Source: Candidatus Collierbacteria bacterium GW2011_GWB2_45_17
GTDB lineage: Bacteria; Patescibacteriota; Microgenomatia; UBA1400; MFAQ01
DNA length: 64,000 nucleotides
Assembly: GCA_001001485.1 (NCBI GenBank)
Contig: LCKO01000005.1
Location: 3,552 to 67,551 of the forward strand
Reading direction: 5' to 3'
Shown here piece after piece: positions 59,744-64,000 of the stretch. Positions within the stretch are counted from its first letter, which is position 1. Every line of letters starts with the position of its first letter. A program made the position numbers and the translations under genes. The notes beneath the pieces are model-generated. The model ran no database searches and was not told the DNA's origin. It saw only the letters and a list, made by a program, of their open reading frames with translations.

Positions 59744-59862
59744 CACCCCAAATAAAATCTCTCGCTTGTCGGGAGATTTGTGTCAACGAGACCGAAGACT
59801 TCGAGTCAATTTAGAAATAACCACAGAAAAGTATCATTATTCAATCATGGTAAGCTAAATAT

Positions 59863-60261
59863 ATGACCGAGCCAGACGAAACATCACGAAAGGCAGAAAA
59901 ACAAACAAGACTAAAGATTGAACAATATATTACACTGGCCGAAAAATTATCTCTCTATCTAGAACCAATCCCTTTCTCGGGAATAGATGAAGAATCACTT
60001 GTAAGACTGAGGTTTACAGATTCCCAATATCCTGGATTCTCAACACCAATAGACAAAATAATAACCAGAATGGAACAAGAGGGGATAAAGATAACCTTTG
60101 GAACACATCCAGGTAGCGGAAACGTTTACGTATTGCCCTACTTAAGTAACGATATCGAAAACGATAGTATAAGCCCGCGCCATTTGAAACTATCCGTCGA
60201 CATGGACGAGGTACTAAAATCTTTAATATTAGCCAATAAAGCATCACAAAAAGTCCCCTAA
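59863..60261 (+). CDS. Hypothetical protein
   Basis: 132 aa ORF; TAATG overlap with csaA. Confidence 0.65.
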   Translation: MTEPDETSRKAEKQTRLKIEQYITLAEKLSLYLEPIPFSGIDEESLVRLRFTDSQYPGFSTPIDKIITRMEQEGIKITFGTHPGSGNVYVLPYLSNDIENDSISPRHLKLSVDMDEVLKSLILANKASQKVP

Positions 60262-60596
60262 TGGCAACCATAGACGATTTTAATCAAGTTGACATCAGAA
60301 TAGGAAAAATAATAGAAGTCTTAGACTTTCCGGAGGCAAGGAAGCCCTCATACAAGCTCACTATAGATTTTGGTGAAGAGATTGGGATAAAACACTCCAG
60401 TGCTCAACTAGTCAAACATTACATCAAAGAAGGGTTACTTGGCAAATTGGTTCTGGGAGTCGTGAATTTACCACCTAGACAAATTGGGCCTTTTATCTCC
60501 GAGTCACTCACTTTGGGAGTACCGGATGAAAACCACGACTGTATTCTAATTGTTCCAGACAAAGACCAGGCCGTGATTGGCGGAAAACTATATTAA
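60261..60596 (+). CDS. csaA: CsaA/Trbp111 tRNA-binding protein
   Basis: DIRIGKI...ARKPSYKL.IDFG...SSAQL...VNLPPRQIG. Confidence 0.88.
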   Translation: MATIDDFNQVDIRIGKIIEVLDFPEARKPSYKLTIDFGEEIGIKHSSAQLVKHYIKEGLLGKLVLGVVNLPPRQIGPFISESLTLGVPDENHDCILIVPDKDQAVIGGKLY

Positions 60597-60767
60597 TTAC
60601 TGACAACGGGAACAAATAACGCTATCAAAGCGCAATATGTACACAAACCGATTCCAAGAACTTATCAGAACCCCAATTTCCACATTAACCGCCTAAATAA
60701 TGGTAAAATCAACAGGCTATGTCGATAGAGTAGCCATTATTCAAAAATTTCTATCAAAAAAAATATT

Positions 60768-60977
60768 ATGACAGGAACTATCAAAACAAAAACAGATCGG
60801 GGTTTTGGATTCATTTCTCGAGATGGGGAGACCAAAGATCTATTTTTTCACTCAAATGATCTAAAAGACGTTACTTTTGAAGAACTTCAAGTTGGTGCCG
60901 CTGTGACCTTTGATGTCGAAGTCGGTGATAAAGGCCCCAGTGCTAAAAACGTCCAGTTAGAGGCTAAAGCCGTCTAA
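60768..60977 (+). CDS. Cold-shock domain protein
   Basis: RGFGFI (RNP1), LFFH (RNP2), KGPSA.NV. Confidence 0.92.
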   Translation: MTGTIKTKTDRGFGFISRDGETKDLFFHSNDLKDVTFEELQVGAAVTFDVEVGDKGPSAKNVQLEAKAV

Positions 60978-61000
60978 TTCGCCGGAAATTTAAGCCAAGA

Positions 61001-61031
61001 AAAAAGACCTCGCGATTTGCGGGGTCTTTTG
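61001..61031. terminator. Bidirectional intrinsic terminator
   Basis: AAAAAGACCTCGC-GATTT-GCGGGGTCTTTT. Confidence 0.7.
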
Positions 61032-61033
61032 TT

Positions 61034-61936
61034 TTACGGCGAGATTCCGAAAATGGTCAGATTGTCGATCACTTGCCCAAAAATCGTAATGAAGTAGATT
61101 TCCATTCTGTCACTATTGGCCTCAATCAAGATCGCCCCATGGCTATCCAGGTAACGCACCAAACTGTCCGGGCGAACTTGATCAAAACTACTTATATCAT
61201 TTGCTCCACCTAATCCATTAATTATGTATGGAAATCCATTAATCTCTAGCCTTTCGTAGTTATGACAATGACCGGCGATGACAACATCGGCACCCCACTC
61301 TTTAAATGGCCAAGCCAAAGTTTGGTTGCTTCCAAATATGCATGAGCTATATGGCGGTTCGTGCATAAAAACGATGTTGTACTCGGCCGTCGAACCCTCA
61401 ATCTGTTTCTTGAACCACCTCCCTTGTATGGAGTCGGTCGACCGTCCGTCCGGCTCGCGGGCATCGCTATCCAAAATAAAAGCGTGAATCAAATTGTCTC
61501 CAAAAACAACATCGTAGTACCTACCTTGAGCCGGGGGATAATCTTCAAGATAGGTAATAAAATCAAACTGAGGAATTTCATCGGCTTCCCAGCCGGCATC
61601 CCATGGATATCCCCAATCATGATTACCTAAAGCGGGAAAATATTTTTCTTGACGTATCCATTTACCATAAGGAAGTATGACGTTTCTCCAATAAGTATCT
61701 GCTCCACCCACCGGATAATTGTTGTCTCCAACAGTTATAACCGCCTCAACTTCCCAAGAATTTACCAATCTGGCTACCGACGCGGCGGAAAGATTTGGTC
61801 TGCCAAAGTCACCAATTACACCCAACATAACAGCATTAGGAGGCATTGGCAATGGGATCGAGTAGATCTCAATTGCTCCTAAAACAAAAAATACCAAAAT
61901 AAATGAGATCAGAAATACAATCAGACGATTTTTCAA
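61034..61936 (-). CDS. Secreted or membrane-anchored metallophosphoesterase
   Basis: IGDFG, VGDNNY, LGNHD, HEPPY, AGHCHNYER. Confidence 0.88.
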   Translation of the reverse strand: MKNRLIVFLISFILVFFVLGAIEIYSIPLPMPPNAVMLGVIGDFGRPNLSAASVARLVNSWEVEAVITVGDNNYPVGGADTYWRNVILPYGKWIRQEKYFPALGNHDWGYPWDAGWEADEIPQFDFITYLEDYPPAQGRYYDVVFGDNLIHAFILDSDAREPDGRSTDSIQGRWFKKQIEGSTAEYNIVFMHEPPYSSCIFGSNQTLAWPFKEWGADVVIAGHCHNYERLEINGFPYIINGLGGANDISSFDQVRPDSLVRYLDSHGAILIEANSDRMEIYFITIFGQVIDNLTIFGISP

Positions 61937-61984
61937 CGGAACCTCCTCTCAACATTTAAAAGAACGTTGAGAGAAGAATAGCAC

Positions 61985-62476
61985 CTATTCTTTCTTTTTG
62001 GTAGTTTTCTTGGGCTTCTTAACAATCTCCTCCAGAATCTTTTCGGTTATCACGTTTTTAGCTATCATTTCATCTTTAGGAGTGAGAAGTTTAATTATTT
62101 TATCGAGCTTGGAATTTATAACCTCAAGGTTAGAGCCATCACCTCTACTAGACCTACCGCCTTCGGTCTTGCCGGCAAAGCAGTTACTGCACAAAACGGG
62201 CTTACCACTCGTGGGTCTAAAGGGAACCTGACAACTACTGCCACACTGATCACAGGTAGCGCTAAACATCTGTCTATCATCTCTCTTATCAAACATTCTT
62301 GGAGCTCTTGAACCTCCATTGATTTCCTCAAAACATTTACTGCAAAAAACTTCTTTCCTACCGTTAGGCATGAAAGGAACCTGGCAGGATGCTCCACACT
62401 TGGCGCAGATAGCGTCATGCATCGTGGGTCTCTCAGTGCTTCGGAACCGCTCGTTACCTCTGTTTGAATATGTCAT
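61985..62476 (-). CDS. CxxC-x17-CxxC domain protein
   Basis: Two copies of C..CG..CQVPF.P.....V.CS.CF. Confidence 0.88.
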   Translation of the reverse strand: MTYSNRGNERFRSTERPTMHDAICAKCGASCQVPFMPNGRKEVFCSKCFEEINGGSRAPRMFDKRDDRQMFSATCDQCGSSCQVPFRPTSGKPVLCSNCFAGKTEGGRSSRGDGSNLEVINSKLDKIIKLLTPKDEMIAKNVITEKILEEIVKKPKKTTKKKE

Positions 62477-62502
62477 AACCTATATCTTACCATCAAAACC
62501 CA

Positions 62503-63738
62503 CTACACCCCAAACTTTCTCGCCGCTTTTTTCCAAAACTGCCTGGCTCCGTCAGCCCCAATTTCCCCTGATTTCAGGGATTTGTTTGAAAACCGGAAAT
62601 TTTTGGCCGTCATCATGGCAAACAATCCCGACTGCACCCCCCAAAAAATAAAATCTGCGGCTTTCATCGGCTCATTCGGTAATCTGACGGCTCTCAGATG
62701 AGTTAGCGATCCCGTCCTCGACAGCAATTGATGTCTTTCCAAAAACTCCATATTTTCAACTTCCTGTCTGCCCACCGCCGAGGTAAAAAGCAGTAAACTT
62801 CCTCCCACCCGCTTAGGATCCAGTATGGCTTTAAACGCTTGTTCGCTGGGTTTGGTAACTTCAAGGTGGATTAGGTTATTTTTATACAAGAACTCATAAA
62901 GAGAAATCATCTCGGTATCATTTTTACCTACTAGCACCTTCACTCTATCCAACCTCCTCATCAAAGAAATAAACATTTTAGTAAAGGGAGATTTTTTCAC
63001 CAAGATCAAGAATTCAAACCGCTTAGAAAGACCGTTTAGAGCTTTTACTAACTTAATGATGTATCCCAAACCCACTGCCGCACCGGAAATTGGGATCGCC
63101 ACCCTGATAGTCCCCGAATCTTTAGTGAGCGACTTATGTCGGTTACCAAGTCTCTTTGGCAGTTTCCTGGTCAACACGGAACAGAGTGGATAGGGGATTA
63201 CTTTGCCTACAAAGTCGATTCCCTTCATCTTTGCGTAAGTTTCAAATTTATCTCTGACATGTTTACTGGGAACAAAAGTAAGATCTGCTCCACGGACACA
63301 CCAAATATGTTGTGATGTGTCGTCCGTCACTTGAACAATTAATCTCACTACCCTTCCGGTTTCCCGCATCAGCCTCTCTTTTACCGCCCCGATTTGATGT
63401 GCCATACCAAAATGAGTGGCAATTATCCAAACCTCATCTTTACCGGTACTTCTCACCACAATATCTTTCAGTTGTTTAAACAACGCACCAGAACTCAGAA
63501 CTAGGAATTTTCGGTAAAGAGCGGTAAATATATCTTCGGCTAATCCATACTGTGACCGTAAAAAAATAAACTTACCAATCGGATTGATACTGGTAAAGCG
63601 ATGAATCCAGGTCATAAATCTATCAACTGATCCCAAAAGAACGTAGTCGGTTTTTTCGGGACGAGTCTCCACCAAGGCCTCGGTCACCCTAAGATGTCCC
63701 AGCCCGGCCGGGGCGTAAGTAAAAATCATCAACTTCAT
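62503..63738 (-). CDS. GT-B-like (glycolipid synthase-like) hypothetical protein
   Basis: AGLGHLR, IIATHF, QVTD, VTKP, VGRQE..N. Confidence 0.65.
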   Translation of the reverse strand: MKLMIFTYAPAGLGHLRVTEALVETRPEKTDYVLLGSVDRFMTWIHRFTSINPIGKFIFLRSQYGLAEDIFTALYRKFLVLSSGALFKQLKDIVVRSTGKDEVWIIATHFGMAHQIGAVKERLMRETGRVVRLIVQVTDDTSQHIWCVRGADLTFVPSKHVRDKFETYAKMKGIDFVGKVIPYPLCSVLTRKLPKRLGNRHKSLTKDSGTIRVAIPISGAAVGLGYIIKLVKALNGLSKRFEFLILVKKSPFTKMFISLMRRLDRVKVLVGKNDTEMISLYEFLYKNNLIHLEVTKPSEQAFKAILDPKRVGGSLLLFTSAVGRQEVENMEFLERHQLLSRTGSLTHLRAVRLPNEPMKAADFIFWGVQSGLFAMMTAKNFRFSNKSLKSGEIGADGARQFWKKAARKFGV

Positions 63739-63814
63739 GGTGCACCAAGAGGGATTTGAACCCCCAACCTACGGTTCCGAAGACCGGCGCTCTATCCAGT
63801 TGAGCTATTGGTGC
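63738..63814 (-). tRNA. tRNA-Arg(TCG) with encoded CCA
   Basis: GCACCAA/TTGGTGC; CTTCGGA loop; ends ACCA. Confidence 0.92.
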
Positions 63815-63857
63815 ATAGGGATATTTTACCCTGAAATGAGGTAAAATAGGCAAGTTC

Positions 63858-63931
63858 GGGTCAGTAGCTCAGTTGGTTAGAGCACCTGCCTCTTAAGTAG
63901 GGTGTCGCGGGTTCGAGTCCCGCCTGACCCA
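63858..63931 (+). tRNA. tRNA-Lys(CTT)
   Basis: GGGTCAG acceptor; CCTGC-CTCTTAA-GTAGG. Confidence 0.94.
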
Positions 63932-64000
63932 CCCCCTTTCTTGACTTATGCTTTAGTTTCTGCCAAGCTAATTTAGCTTATGGCGAAAAAAATTTTATAC

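Overview
This looks like a chromosomal window from a Patescibacteria/CPR bacterium, probably Microgenomates-like. That is inferred from gene content, short intergenic spaces and frequent leaderless promoters; the genetic code is 11. Core genes are htpX, gatCAB, dnaE, rplS, a HrpA-like helicase, ruvCAB, holA, a DEAD-box helicase, a sugar/glycolysis cluster (pmm/pgm, pgi-pmi, ppsA, eno, gpmI), rsmI, lexA, uvrB/A/C, secG, typA, csaA and a cold-shock protein. There are also 15 tRNAs and an IS256-like element. The main unexpected signal is a family of small cargo cassettes, with no intact recombinase gene, integrated at tRNA 3' ends: two in tandem at tRNA-Glu, one at tRNA-Gln and a probable fourth at tRNA-Gly. 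Where the ends are intact, short direct repeats stop at tRNA position 71. Each cassette carries a split C-terminal fragment of a putative large serine recombinase with a tRNA T-loop mimic. The Glu and Gln cassettes also carry a conserved, covarying structured non-coding module (about 460-480 nt, shortened in one copy) ahead of variable cargo genes. One cargo is a caspase/gingipain-fold protease with two small partner proteins. Other readable signals are a three-site NrtR regulon (nrtR, pncB, nadE), direct-repeat LexA boxes, a class of genes with boxA-like plus GGAGG leaders, non-canonical tRNA T-loops, and dispersed palindromic repeats. All calls were made by eye from the sequence; no searches were run.
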